The position numbers were made by a program, and so were the translations under genes. This document shows, piece by piece, positions 37,167 to 46,867 of a stretch of DNA of 64,000 bases; the stretch's first letter is position 1, and each line of letters begins with the position of its first letter. Origin of the DNA: Oscillospiraceae bacterium (GTDB taxonomy: Bacteria > Bacillota > Clostridia > Oscillospirales > CAG-272). The notes beneath the pieces were generated by a model. That model saw only the letters and a program-made list of their open reading frames with translations, ran no database searches and was not told where the DNA came from. Location of the stretch: contig SVSW01000001.1 in assembly GCA_015064095.1 (NCBI GenBank), forward strand, positions 709 through 64,708, written 5' to 3'.

Positions 37167-37802
37167 ATGGTACTTAAAGAAAAGCAAACAACAGTTGCAT
37201 ACAGATGTCCTCATTGCGGAATGGGGGTTGTCAGCGCGGTTGATATTTTTTCGCTTCACGGCGATATGCTGAAGCTCAAATGCGAGTGCGGCGGGAGTGC
37301 AATGACCATAGTTCGCTCGGGTGACGGCAAGATCCGTCTTTCCGTTCCCTGCCTCTTTTGCCCGAATCCTCACAACTTCACAGTCAGCTCGAATATGTTT
37401 TTTGATAAAGACATTTTCGTTATACCCTGCCCTTACACCGACGTAAACATCTGCTTTCTCGGAAATATTGACAAGGTGCGCCGCGAGCTTGAGCTGACAG
37501 AGCTTTCACTGATCGATATGCTCGGTGAGGAAAACATTGCAAAGCTTTCGCAAGCCGAAGATCCGTCACTTCTGACAGATCCCCAAATATTTGATATTAT
37601 AATGTTTGTCATTCGAGAGCTTGATGCCGAAAACAAGATATTTTGCCACTGCAAGCCCGGCGACGGAAATTTTGAAGTAGAGGTTACCGAGGACGGCATA
37701 AAAATAAGCTGCAAGAACTGCGGCGCATCGCAGCTGATCCCAACGGATTCCTTACTGGGCGCACACGCATTTTTGCACTGCGACAGCCTGCATTTAGAGT
37801 AA
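37167..37802 (+). CDS. Cys-rich hypothetical protein (multiple CxxC / CxC, probable zinc ribbons)
   Basis: 211 aa with CPHC, CEC, CLFC, CHC and CKNC clusters. No family recognised. Confidence 0.55.
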   Translation: MVLKEKQTTVAYRCPHCGMGVVSAVDIFSLHGDMLKLKCECGGSAMTIVRSGDGKIRLSVPCLFCPNPHNFTVSSNMFFDKDIFVIPCPYTDVNICFLGNIDKVRRELELTELSLIDMLGEENIAKLSQAEDPSLLTDPQIFDIIMFVIRELDAENKIFCHCKPGDGNFEVEVTEDGIKISCKNCGASQLIPTDSLLGAHAFLHCDSLHLE

Positions 37803-37803
37803 C

Positions 37804-37836
37804 AAAAAAGGGTTGAGCTAAAAGCTCAACCCTTTT
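37804..37836. terminator. bidirectional intrinsic terminator
   Basis: GGGTTGAGC-taaaa-GCTCAACCC flanked by an A-run and a T-run. Confidence 0.8.
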
Positions 37837-37847
37837 GCTTTGGCGAA

Positions 37848-38054
37848 TTATTCAGCGTCGGTCTCAACCTCAACGCACTCGTCGCAATCATCGAGAACGC
37901 AGATGTCGCAATCGTCGAGCTCGCACTCGTCACAATCGCACTCTTTCTTATTGAGAAGCTTTATTGCAAGGAAAGCACCTGCTGCGAGAACTGCAACAGT
38001 TGCAACGATGATGCCAATGATAAGTCCCCAATTTACACTCTTCTTTTCTTCCAT
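37848..38054 (-). CDS. small single-pass membrane protein with acidic Cys-rich tail
   Basis: 68 aa. TM segment WGLIIGIIVATVAVLAAGAFLAI followed by KKECDCDECELDDCDICVLDDCDECVEVETDAE. Confidence 0.55.
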   Translation of the reverse strand: MEEKKSVNWGLIIGIIVATVAVLAAGAFLAIKLLNKKECDCDECELDDCDICVLDDCDECVEVETDAE

Positions 38055-38222
38055 CTTTTTATCCTCCTTTGAAAAATATGCTATTTAACGGTCGATGCGA
38101 CCTTGTTTATTATAGTATATCATATTTTAGGCAAAATGCAATATTTTTTTAGAAAAAAACATAAAACTTTTCCTCAACAAATTTTGAACAAACACTTTTA
38201 TTTCGGAAGATAATCTGCTATA

Positions 38223-39065
38223 ATGTTAATTATGATGGAAAAGTTAAATTATGAAAAAATAAGGAATATTCTCGCCGATGCCGGAATTGAAGATGCGGAT
38301 TTTGAGGCAACGCAGCTTATTTTGCACTTTTGCCCCAGCGTGACCGCCGCAAGTTTACCCTTTTCAAAGAAAAAAGAGCTTATTTGTCCGGAGCTTTCGG
38401 CGGCTGTTCAAAAAAGATGTGAGCGCTATCCATTACAGTATATAATAGGTACCTGGGATTTTTGCGGTGAAAAATATCGGGTATCGCCCGATTGCCTTAT
38501 ACCCCGTCCCGAAACCGAGCTGCTCGTTGAAACGGCGGCGCGGCTTTTGCCCGAGAATGCCGAATTTCTCGATCTTTGCACGGGCAGCGGCTGTATTGCG
38601 ATCTCAACTCTTGCCCGTCGGCGCGACACGACTGCCGTTGCGGTCGATCTTTTTGAAAATACACTTGAATTAGCCCGAAAAAATGCCGAAATGAACGGCG
38701 TGGCGGCGCGCGTGACCTTTAAAAAGCACGATGTGCTCTTACCTCCCGCCGACGAAAAGCTTTATGACGCCCTGCTCTCAAATCCGCCGTACATCAAAAG
38801 CAAGGATATGAGATCACTTGACCCTGAGCTTTATTTTGAGCCTCGCGCGGCACTTGACGGCGGCGATGACGGATTGGTATTTTACAAAGCCATCATAAAA
38901 AACTTCCGAGATCGCATAAAGCCCGACGGCTTTATCCTTTTTGAGGCAGGATACGATACAGCCTCGGCTGTTGCCGAGCTCGGTCGACTTGCCGGATTTT
39001 CCGGGGAGGTCATACGCGACCTTTCGGGCATTGACAGAATGGTGCTTTTACGGCATATAATATAA
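38223..39065 (+). CDS. prmC: release-factor glutamine N5-methyltransferase
   Basis: SAM motif LDLCTGSGCI and catalytic NPPY. The start is uncertain (ATG at 38223, 38232 or 38235), and a TATAAT overlaps 38219-38224. Confidence 0.85.
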   Translation: MLIMMEKLNYEKIRNILADAGIEDADFEATQLILHFCPSVTAASLPFSKKKELICPELSAAVQKRCERYPLQYIIGTWDFCGEKYRVSPDCLIPRPETELLVETAARLLPENAEFLDLCTGSGCIAISTLARRRDTTAVAVDLFENTLELARKNAEMNGVAARVTFKKHDVLLPPADEKLYDALLSNPPYIKSKDMRSLDPELYFEPRAALDGGDDGLVFYKAIIKNFRDRIKPDGFILFEAGYDTASAVAELGRLAGFSGEVIRDLSGIDRMVLLRHII

Positions 39066-39088
39066 AAAAACGAAAGGCAGATAATATT

Positions 39089-40132
39089 TTGAAAATTACG
39101 GTCCTTGCAGGCGGACTTTCGCCCGAGCGCGACGTTTCGCTTTCCTCAGGCGCGCTGATCGCCGCGTCACTTATAAGATCAGGGCACGATGTTGCCCTTG
39201 CCGATGTTTACGAGGGCATTCTTTCCGACTGCGATATAGAAGAACTGTTTACAAAGAATACCCCCGAGCCCTACCGTATCACCTCGACCGAGCCCGATCT
39301 CGCCGCGATCATGGCGAAAAACGGAGGTCGGCGCGAGCTGATAGGGCCGAGGATATTGGAGCTTTGCCGCGCGGCAGATGTGGTTTTCATCGCGCTTCAC
39401 GGCGCTATGGGTGAAAACGGCCAGCTCCAAGCCGTGCTTGATGTTTTCGACATCAAATATACGGGAACGGATTACGACGGCAGCCTGCTCGCCATGGACA
39501 AAGAGCTGACGAAAAAGCTGATCGCCGCCGAGGGAGTTCCCGTGGCAGAGGGCATTTGCCTTGATTCCTCAGAGCTTGATCCCGAACTCATACTGCAAAG
39601 GGTCGGCCTTCCCTGCGTTATAAAGCCTTGCGACTGCGGTTCAAGCGTTGGAGTTTCGATAGTTAAAAACAAATCCGAGCTTTCTGCGGCACTCGAGCTT
39701 GCACGCCCGCTTTGCCGCCGAGTGATCGCGGAAAAATTGATAAAGGGTCGCGAATTTTCCGTCGGGATTCTTGACGGAGAGACTCTGCCTGCCATCGAAA
39801 TAATCCCAAAAGAGGGCTTTTACGACTATAAAAACAAATATCAAGGCGGCCTTACGGAAGAGGTCTGCCCCGCCGATCTGACAGCAGACGAGGCTGCCCG
39901 CGCCGCTGAAACCGCAAAAAAAGTCTTTTCTGTTCTGCGCCTGCGCGGATATTCCAGAATTGATCTTATCATGGAGGAAAACACGGGCGTTTTCTATTGC
40001 CTTGAAGCAAACACTCTGCCCGGAATGACACCGACGAGCCTTCTGCCACAAGAGGCGGCTGCCGTCGGCATAGGATACGACGAGCTGTGCGAAAGGATCG
40101 CAAAGCTTGCAAAAAAAGAGCGCGAGATCTGA
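39089..40132 (+). CDS. ddl: D-alanine--D-alanine ligase
   Basis: 347 aa ATP-grasp protein. N-terminal VLAGGLSPEREVS-type motif, FIALHG..GENG and EANTLPGMT. TTG start. Confidence 0.9.
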   Translation: MKITVLAGGLSPERDVSLSSGALIAASLIRSGHDVALADVYEGILSDCDIEELFTKNTPEPYRITSTEPDLAAIMAKNGGRRELIGPRILELCRAADVVFIALHGAMGENGQLQAVLDVFDIKYTGTDYDGSLLAMDKELTKKLIAAEGVPVAEGICLDSSELDPELILQRVGLPCVIKPCDCGSSVGVSIVKNKSELSAALELARPLCRRVIAEKLIKGREFSVGILDGETLPAIEIIPKEGFYDYKNKYQGGLTEEVCPADLTADEAARAAETAKKVFSVLRLRGYSRIDLIMEENTGVFYCLEANTLPGMTPTSLLPQEAAAVGIGYDELCERIAKLAKKEREI

Positions 40133-40138
40133 AAGATC

Positions 40139-40933
40139 TCACGCTTTTTTTATAGAAAACAGTTTTTTCGAATTTTTCATAAGCTGCTCAGCAAGCTTTT
40201 CTGCGCCCTCGCCGCGTGCGTCGGCAAGAGCAGACAGAGTGTGTATCATATACCCCGAATGATTGAGCTTACCGCGGTGCGGCGTGGGTGCGAGATACGG
40301 GCAGTCCGTTTCGATAAGTATTTTATCGCTCGGCAAGGCCGCGGCGACCTCTTTTACCCGAGGTGCGTTTTTAAAGCTGATAACGCCCGAAAACGAGATG
40401 TACCACCCACGTCTTGCAAGATCAATTGCCATTTCCCGACTGCCGCTGTAGCTGTGAAACACGCCCTTTACATCGGGATATTTCCGTATCATATCAAAGC
40501 AGTCGCCGTGTGCGTCACGGTCGTGGATTATCACGGGCAAGCCGTATTTTTGCGCCATTTCCATTTGGCGTTCAAAATACACGGTCTGCTTTTCTTTATC
40601 CGTATCGTCATAGTGATAATCAAATCCGATCTCACCCAGCGCAACGATCTTATCTTCCTTTTCGATCAATTCGGCGATCTTCGCAAGCTCTTTTTCGGGT
40701 TCTTCTTTAAGATACTGACAGTCCGACGGGTGTATGCCGACGGCGGCGAACATTCCCTCATATTTCTTTGCCTGCTCAATAACACCCCGCGAATTTTCGG
40801 GATTTGTGCCGACGTTTATAATGTACGAAATGTTCTCCCCAAAAACCTCGGGCAAAAGCGCGTCAGCGCCACCCTCGTATTCGTCTTCAAACCGCGAATC
40901 CGTATAATGCGCGTGAGTATCAAAAAGCTTCAT
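40139..40933 (-). CDS. tatD: TatD-family metal-dependent hydrolase (YabD-like)
   Basis: MKLFDTHAHY, GEIGFDYHY, IIHDRDAH and ETDCPYL. Directly downstream of metG, as in Bacillus. Confidence 0.9.
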   Translation of the reverse strand: MKLFDTHAHYTDSRFEDEYEGGADALLPEVFGENISYIINVGTNPENSRGVIEQAKKYEGMFAAVGIHPSDCQYLKEEPEKELAKIAELIEKEDKIVALGEIGFDYHYDDTDKEKQTVYFERQMEMAQKYGLPVIIHDRDAHGDCFDMIRKYPDVKGVFHSYSGSREMAIDLARRGWYISFSGVISFKNAPRVKEVAAALPSDKILIETDCPYLAPTPHRGKLNHSGYMIHTLSALADARGEGAEKLAEQLMKNSKKLFSIKKA

Positions 40934-42927
40934 TATCTTACGCGTTCTCCAAGAGGTGTATCGTCTGCGAGGAACACGACGCGAACGGTCTGCTCTCCCG
41001 ATGCAAGTATCATGCCGTTGCTCTCAACACCGCAAAGGGTTGCGGGCTTGAGATTTGCAACGATTATTATTTTTTTGCCGACAAGATCGTCAGGCTCATA
41101 AAATTTCGCAATTCCCGAAACGACCTGGCGCTGTTCATATCCAAGGTCAACCTGAAGCTTTAGGAGCTTCTTGGCTTTCAGAAGCTTTTCGCAAGCGATG
41201 ACCTTTGCCGTGCGAAGTTCGATGTTCATAAAGTCCTCAATACCGATGAGCGCACAGCCCTCAGGCTTTTCCGGCTTTTCCTCTGCTTTTGCGGCTGCTG
41301 CCTTAGCCGCCATATCAGATTCGATCTCGGCGAGCATCTTCGCCTCGTCTATACGGGCAAAGAGCACCTTTGAATCTGCGACCTCCTCGTTCGGCACAAG
41401 CGAGAGCGCAAAGCATTCGTCCCAAACGGGATCTTCATGCTCGCCCCTTGCGCGCGCGGCGTCGATCTTTTCGGTTATCGCACTCGCATTTATCTCACGG
41501 AGTATCTCTTCGGCGGTTGCTGGGATAAAGGGATAGAGCAAAAGTGCGGCACAGCGTATCGTGTCAAGCAGATTATAGAGCACCGTTCCAAGCCTTGCCT
41601 TTTTCGCCTCGTCCTTTGCAAGCACCCAGGGCGTCGTTTCGTCTATATACTTATTCGCGCGGCGCAAAAGCGTGACGATGGAATCGGTCGCATCGGCGAC
41701 GTGATATCCGTTCATGTATTCTTCGACCTCGGCGCGCGCTCGGCTTACGGCTTCGGCGAGCTCGACATCAAGCGGCTCTTTCTCCGTCGGCTCACAGATG
41801 ACCTTGCAGAAATACTTTTTCTGCATATCAAGCGTGCGCTTGACAAGATTTCCAAGATTATTAACAAGATCGCCGTTATAGCGGTTTATAACGTTTTCAT
41901 AAGTGATGCTTCCGTCGCTTCCGTAGGGCATTTCGGCGAGTGCATAATATCTCACGCCGTCAACTCCGAAGCGCTCCGAAAGCTCATCGGCATAAATAAC
42001 GTTTCCCTTGGATTTTGACATCTTATCAAGTCCGAAATTGAACCAAGGGTGACCGAAGACCTTTTTCGGAAGGGGCAGGCCGAGTGCCATAAGGAAGATC
42101 GGCCAATAGATCGTGTGGAAACGAAGAATATCCTTTCCGATAATGTGCACGACCGTATCCCAAAGCGACTTGAAGCGCTCCGACTGCTCCTCATACGATC
42201 TATCGGGATCGTAACCGATCGCTGTGATATAGTTCGTGAGTGCATCGAGCCAAACATAGATTATATGTCCCTCAATACCCGTTTGAATTCCCCATTTGAA
42301 CGCGGTGCGCGAGATGCAAAGATCCTGAAGACCCGCCTTTAAGAAATTATTGACCATTTCCTTCTTGCGCGATTCGGGCTCAATAAATTCGGGGTGATCC
42401 TCAATATATGCGAGCAGACGGTCGGCATAATTGCTCATTTTGAAGAAGTATGCCTCCTCCTTTGCCTGCGCGACGGGACGTCCGCAATCGGGGCATTTGC
42501 CATCCGTTATCTGCGATTCGGTGAAAAACGACTCGCACGGCGTGCAATACCAGCCCTCGTAATAGCCCTTGTATATATCGCCTTGATCGAGGAATCTTTT
42601 AAATATTTTCTCAACGGTTTTTACATGATTTTCGTCCGTTGTGCGGATAAAATAATCATAGCTCGTGTTCATTTTATCCCAAATGCCGCGCACCTCGGCG
42701 GCAACGCCGTCAACGTACTCCTGAGGAGTCTTTCCTGCCTCGATGGCGCAGTTTTCAATCTTCTGACCGTGCTCGTCCGTGCCCGTGCAGAAGAATACGT
42801 CATATCCCTGCGCGCGCTTATAGCGGGCGACGGCGTCCGTCATTATGACCTCATAAGTATTGCCGAAATGCGGCTTGCGCGACGCATATGCGATCGCTGT
42901 GGTTATATAAAATTTCTCATCTTTCAT
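40933..42927 (-). CDS. metG: methionine--tRNA ligase (with C-terminal EMAP/tRNA-binding domain)
   Basis: 664 aa. HIGH-type PHFGNTYE, KMSKSKGN, a CxxC...CPDC zinc knuckle, and a C-terminal OB-fold (VANLKPATLCGVESNGMILA). Confidence 0.95.
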   Translation of the reverse strand: MKDEKFYITTAIAYASRKPHFGNTYEVIMTDAVARYKRAQGYDVFFCTGTDEHGQKIENCAIEAGKTPQEYVDGVAAEVRGIWDKMNTSYDYFIRTTDENHVKTVEKIFKRFLDQGDIYKGYYEGWYCTPCESFFTESQITDGKCPDCGRPVAQAKEEAYFFKMSNYADRLLAYIEDHPEFIEPESRKKEMVNNFLKAGLQDLCISRTAFKWGIQTGIEGHIIYVWLDALTNYITAIGYDPDRSYEEQSERFKSLWDTVVHIIGKDILRFHTIYWPIFLMALGLPLPKKVFGHPWFNFGLDKMSKSKGNVIYADELSERFGVDGVRYYALAEMPYGSDGSITYENVINRYNGDLVNNLGNLVKRTLDMQKKYFCKVICEPTEKEPLDVELAEAVSRARAEVEEYMNGYHVADATDSIVTLLRRANKYIDETTPWVLAKDEAKKARLGTVLYNLLDTIRCAALLLYPFIPATAEEILREINASAITEKIDAARARGEHEDPVWDECFALSLVPNEEVADSKVLFARIDEAKMLAEIESDMAAKAAAAKAEEKPEKPEGCALIGIEDFMNIELRTAKVIACEKLLKAKKLLKLQVDLGYEQRQVVSGIAKFYEPDDLVGKKIIIVANLKPATLCGVESNGMILASGEQTVRVVFLADDTPLGERVR

Positions 42928-43678
42928 CGAATGTTACCTCCGTTTTTGTCTTTGCTTTCGGCTCTTTTCCGAACAGCGTAGCGTTAAAATAGAAATATGA
43001 GATCAGCATATAAGGTACTGTAAAAATCACGAAAAGCATTCCCACCGTTAAAAACGACAGGGCTATCCACAGAATAAAGCTCGCACGGAATGCATATATC
43101 CTTGCACTTTTTCGCTCGGTTGCCGAAAATGCGGCAAAAAAGCACGTTTTCAAGGGCTGACCCTCTCCGCATACGACCGCAGCGGGGACCGAATAAAGCC
43201 TGCAATATGCCAAGAACAAAATCGCCGCGACCAAAAGAAGCACAATATACGCAGCAAGCATATAAAAAATCGAAAGCGCCTCAGAAAGCCTGATCACATA
43301 AGCGGAAAAATATCCGTAAAGCATGATCGGCAGAGCCGTTACGGCATACGCCGCAAGCGCGCGCGTATATTTTTTCGGCTCATAATAATAAAACATCTCG
43401 GTTATTTTTGCATCATTCCCTGCCGAGATCATCGAGGCAAGCCTGAACATACCGAAAAAAACGGGTGCGAGCGCCAAAATACCGATCACATCGAAAACAA
43501 GCTCAACTATCGGCGAAGGCAGCGTCGGTATTAAATTCCGGATCACCGCTTCGCAAAGCTTTGGCGCTATGTATACGGCAGCTGCAAAAAACACCGCAAA
43601 AATGAGCTTTATCAAAGCATTTGGCTCAGCGAGTGCTTTTTTTGCCTCTTTTTTTATTTCTTTTCTGTTTATCTCCAA
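42917..43678 (-). CDS. DUF975-like integral membrane protein
   Basis: 253 aa. N-terminal REIKKEAKKAL pattern plus about 5 TM segments. The stop overlaps the metG start. Confidence 0.55.
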   Translation of the reverse strand: MEINRKEIKKEAKKALAEPNALIKLIFAVFFAAAVYIAPKLCEAVIRNLIPTLPSPIVELVFDVIGILALAPVFFGMFRLASMISAGNDAKITEMFYYYEPKKYTRALAAYAVTALPIMLYGYFSAYVIRLSEALSIFYMLAAYIVLLLVAAILFLAYCRLYSVPAAVVCGEGQPLKTCFFAAFSATERKSARIYAFRASFILWIALSFLTVGMLFVIFTVPYMLISYFYFNATLFGKEPKAKTKTEVTFDER

Positions 43679-43758
43679 TTTTATACCCTATGATCATAAA
43701 AATAAATACCTATTATATTATTATAACATATTTTACATTTTTTACAAGGGGTCTGCTC

Positions 43759-43788
43759 AAAAAAAGCCGAGCTTCGCTCGGCTTTTTT
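43759..43788. terminator. intrinsic terminator downstream of the marR-family gene
   Basis: AGCCGAGC-ttc-GCTCGGCT flanked by an A-run and a T-run. Confidence 0.75.
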
Positions 43789-43789
43789 G

Positions 43790-44230
43790 TTATTCATATT
43801 TATCGCAAAGCTCGGCGAGCCTGTCGTTTATAAGATTTAAAGATCTGTAAAGCACCTCTCGGTCGGCATCGCTTATTCCCTCTCTCGTTGACATAAAATA
43901 TAAATTTGTATATTCGGCCGCGCGTGCCGCCACGGCTCGGCCTTCGTCCGTTAGCGTCAGCGCCGCGCGGTATCTCTTTTTCGACGACCGTTCAACGTAT
44001 CCGCGCTCCTCAAGCTGCTTTATCGTGCGCGACATAAGCGCCTTGTCCTCAGCACACATATCGCAAAGCTCCTTTGCGGTGAGTGAGCCGTCGCGAAAAA
44101 GATAATAAAGGCAATAAAGATGCGTGCTGCGCAGATCAAACTCCGACATTATCTCGGTTTTCAGCTTTCTTATGCTGTGGTTTATCTCAGCTATCAAAGA
44201 AGTAAATCGTTCAAAATTCTCCATAACCAT
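43790..44230 (-). CDS. MarR-family transcriptional regulator
   Basis: 146 aa with a winged-HTH pattern (LTAKELCDMCAEDKALMSRTIKQLEERGYV). Confidence 0.85.
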   Translation of the reverse strand: MVMENFERFTSLIAEINHSIRKLKTEIMSEFDLRSTHLYCLYYLFRDGSLTAKELCDMCAEDKALMSRTIKQLEERGYVERSSKKRYRAALTLTDEGRAVAARAAEYTNLYFMSTREGISDADREVLYRSLNLINDRLAELCDKYE

Positions 44231-45894
44231 TACTCCGCAACAAATATAAAAGGATATATATCCTGGCCGCCGTCAATAAAATAGATCTCGATATCGGGGT
44301 AATTTTCGCAGAGCCAATCTCCGAGCTCGGATCGCTCCGATTCGTCTGCGTCCTTGCCGCAAAAAACGGTGAGCATTAATTTATCGCCGTCCGAAAGCAG
44401 AATATCAGCAAGCCCGTGGGAAGCGTCCCGCCTTTCCTTCTTTGCGATAACGATCTCTTTGCCCACGATTCCGATAGTATCCCCGTTCTCAATATGAACT
44501 CCGTTCATATCCGCATCACGTATCGAGGGGGAGATATATCCCGACGTCACTCGCAACATCGCAGCCTCGACCTCGGCAATTATCTCTTTCGGGCGGGGAA
44601 TTTCGGTGTTTATCGAAGAAACTCCAACATAACCCGTACCTATATTCTTGCTCGGAATAACATAAACGTCGGCACCCTCATACATCTGCGCCGCCTGCTG
44701 TGCTGCCATCAAAATATTTCCGTTATTCGGGAAAACGAAAATATTATCTGCGTTTATCTTTGAAAACGCCTTGAAGAAATCTCCTGCCGACGGGTTTTGC
44801 GTTTGACCGCCGCGAATGACCTCGTCAGCTCCGAGCTCAAAAAAGACCTTTTCAAGACCCGGTCCGTTCGCAACGGAAACGATCCCGTATTTCTTTTTTT
44901 CGGCTTTTTTCTCCTCGGCGATCGTTTCCGAATGCTGAAGCGACATATTCTCTATTTTCACCGTGAGCATTTCGCCGAATTTGCGAAGATGAGCGATAAC
45001 CGCCTCAGGCGTAAGCGTGTGAACGTGGACCTTTACGACACTGTCCGTTCTGAACGCGACAACAGAATCACCAATGCCGCCAAGGAACGCTTTGAGTGCA
45101 TCAAGATCGAAATTCTCAATATCGGTCTTCTTGTTTTGCAGGCGCAAAAGCACCTCGGTGCAATAGCCGTAGGTCATCTCGCTATCAGGGCCGAACGCCG
45201 AAAGATCCACTGTCGCTTTTGACTTTTCGGAAATAAAATGCGGGCTTTCAAGCTCCTCACCGTTAAGGACCCTGTTAAATCCGTCAATAATGTAAAAGAG
45301 TCCCGCTCCGCCGCTGTCAACAACTCCTGCCTCTTTAAGCACGGGCAGAATTTCCGGCGTTCTGTCAAGTGATGCGTGCATCTCTTTAACGAGGTCCGAA
45401 AAAAGGCTTCTTATCGTGCTTTTCGGGGTTATGCGGTGCACAGCATACTCAACCGCCTCTCGCGCAACCGTAAGTATAGTTCCCTCCGTCGGTGTCATGA
45501 CCGAGGTATATGCCTGATGAACTCCTACCTCAAGAGCGTGTCCGAGTGTTGCGGCGTCCGCCTCCTCGGAGCTTTCAAGCCCCTTTGAAATGCCGGCAAA
45601 GAACTGCGAAAGTATTACTCCCGAATTTCCGCGCGCGCCGAGAAGCATACCGTGTGAAAGAAATTTCATGACCTGCGCCAGATCATTCGTGTCTACATTC
45701 TCGATAGCGGCGATACCGCTTTCGATCGTCATTTGCATATTATCGCCCGTATCGCCGTCAGGAACGGGGAAAACATTAAGACGGTTGACTTCCTCGGCAT
45801 TACTTCTCAGCTGTGCCGCGCCGCCGAGCGCCATTTTTGCCATCAGCTGGCCGTCTATTACAGCGGTATCCTTATTTTCTAAATTCTTATTCAT
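44230..45894 (-). CDS. DAK2-domain fusion protein (YloV family)
   Basis: 554 aa. N-terminal Dak2 motif LNVFPVPDGDTGDNM and a C-terminal DegV-like/DhaL-associated region. Confidence 0.85.
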   Translation of the reverse strand: MNKNLENKDTAVIDGQLMAKMALGGAAQLRSNAEEVNRLNVFPVPDGDTGDNMQMTIESGIAAIENVDTNDLAQVMKFLSHGMLLGARGNSGVILSQFFAGISKGLESSEEADAATLGHALEVGVHQAYTSVMTPTEGTILTVAREAVEYAVHRITPKSTIRSLFSDLVKEMHASLDRTPEILPVLKEAGVVDSGGAGLFYIIDGFNRVLNGEELESPHFISEKSKATVDLSAFGPDSEMTYGYCTEVLLRLQNKKTDIENFDLDALKAFLGGIGDSVVAFRTDSVVKVHVHTLTPEAVIAHLRKFGEMLTVKIENMSLQHSETIAEEKKAEKKKYGIVSVANGPGLEKVFFELGADEVIRGGQTQNPSAGDFFKAFSKINADNIFVFPNNGNILMAAQQAAQMYEGADVYVIPSKNIGTGYVGVSSINTEIPRPKEIIAEVEAAMLRVTSGYISPSIRDADMNGVHIENGDTIGIVGKEIVIAKKERRDASHGLADILLSDGDKLMLTVFCGKDADESERSELGDWLCENYPDIEIYFIDGGQDIYPFIFVAE

Positions 45895-45900
45895 ATAAGC

Positions 45901-46767
45901 TTATCTTTCCTTACCTATAAAGAACAGTGCAAGCGTGCCGGGTCCCGAATGTGCACCTATAACAGGACCTACGTACGTTATTATATCCACGTTTGCGCCG
46001 TATCGGTCAAGCAGTATATTTTTTAGATCGTTTGCGTCCTTTTCGCAATCTCCGTGTGATATGAAAACAGGGCTCGCTCCGGGTTCTTCTGCAAGCTGAC
46101 CGTATCTGTTCGCCATTTCAACGATCGCATTTCTGCGTCCGCGTATTTTTGCAACGGGCACAAGGTGTCCTTCATTATCAACGTGCATAACGGGCTTTAT
46201 TCCGAGCGCATTGCCGAAAAGTGCCGCAGCGGGACTGACACGGCCGCCGCGTTTGAGATAAACGAGATCGTCAACCGTAAACCAATGGCAGATCTTGAGT
46301 ATATTATCTCTTATATACTGCGCATTCTCCGACAGACTTGCTCCCGCTTTCTTCTTCTCAACGGCAAGATAGAGCGCCATGCCCTCGCCTGCCGACGCGC
46401 AAAGCGTGTCCACGACCTCGATCTTCCTTTCGGGATACTTTTCCCCAAGCTGCAAGGCTGCAAGGCGAGATGAGTTGAAGGTTGTGCTTAGTCCCGAAGA
46501 AAAGCCTATATAAAGTACGTCTTTTCCCTCTTTTAATATCTTTTCAAAGGAATTTGCAAAGGTTTCGGAGTTCACCGCCGCCGTTTTGGCAACGCCCCCT
46601 TCTCTCATTTTGCCATAAAACTCAACGGCACCCATTTCGCCGTTTGCATATTCCTTTCCGTCGCTGTCAAAACGGAAGGTGAGGCTCTCGCAGATCACTC
46701 CCCAGCTTTCAAGTATTTCGGGGGAAAGATCGCAAGCAGTATCCGTAAAAATAACATATTCGCTCAT
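45901..46767 (-). CDS. DegV-family fatty-acid-binding protein
   Basis: 288 aa. IFTDTACDL, SSGLSTTFNS and HSGPGTLALFF. Confidence 0.9.
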   Translation of the reverse strand: MSEYVIFTDTACDLSPEILESWGVICESLTFRFDSDGKEYANGEMGAVEFYGKMREGGVAKTAAVNSETFANSFEKILKEGKDVLYIGFSSGLSTTFNSSRLAALQLGEKYPERKIEVVDTLCASAGEGMALYLAVEKKKAGASLSENAQYIRDNILKICHWFTVDDLVYLKRGGRVSPAAALFGNALGIKPVMHVDNEGHLVPVAKIRGRRNAIVEMANRYGQLAEEPGASPVFISHGDCEKDANDLKNILLDRYGANVDIITYVGPVIGAHSGPGTLALFFIGKER

Positions 46768-46810
46768 AAAATCTCCTTTGTGGGCCTACTATATTAAAAT
46801 ATACGAATTC

Positions 46811-46839
46811 ATTATAACATATACTTGTTGATTTGTCAA
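46811..46839 (-). promoter_or_regulatory. sigmaA-type promoter of the degV-yloV-marR operon
   Basis: Minus strand: TTGACA, 17-nt spacer, TATAAT (both hexamers consensus). Confidence 0.6.
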
Positions 46840-46844
46840 CAAGT
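46823..46844. promoter_or_regulatory. perfect 9-4-9 palindrome overlapping the -35 (candidate MarR operator)
   Basis: ACTTGTTGA-caaa-TCAACAAGT on the minus strand. It covers the -35 hexamer and part of the spacer. Confidence 0.45.
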
Positions 46845-46867
46845 TTTCGGCGTATAAAAAAGCTCCC

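Noticed and set aside
38219-38237. Leaderless start for prmC (TATAAT directly before ATGATG)
   Set aside because: There is no convincing -35 element at the right spacing. I left the start as uncertain rather than calling a promoter.
40241-41101. 286-aa plus-strand ORF
   Set aside because: Antisense to tatD and the end of metG.
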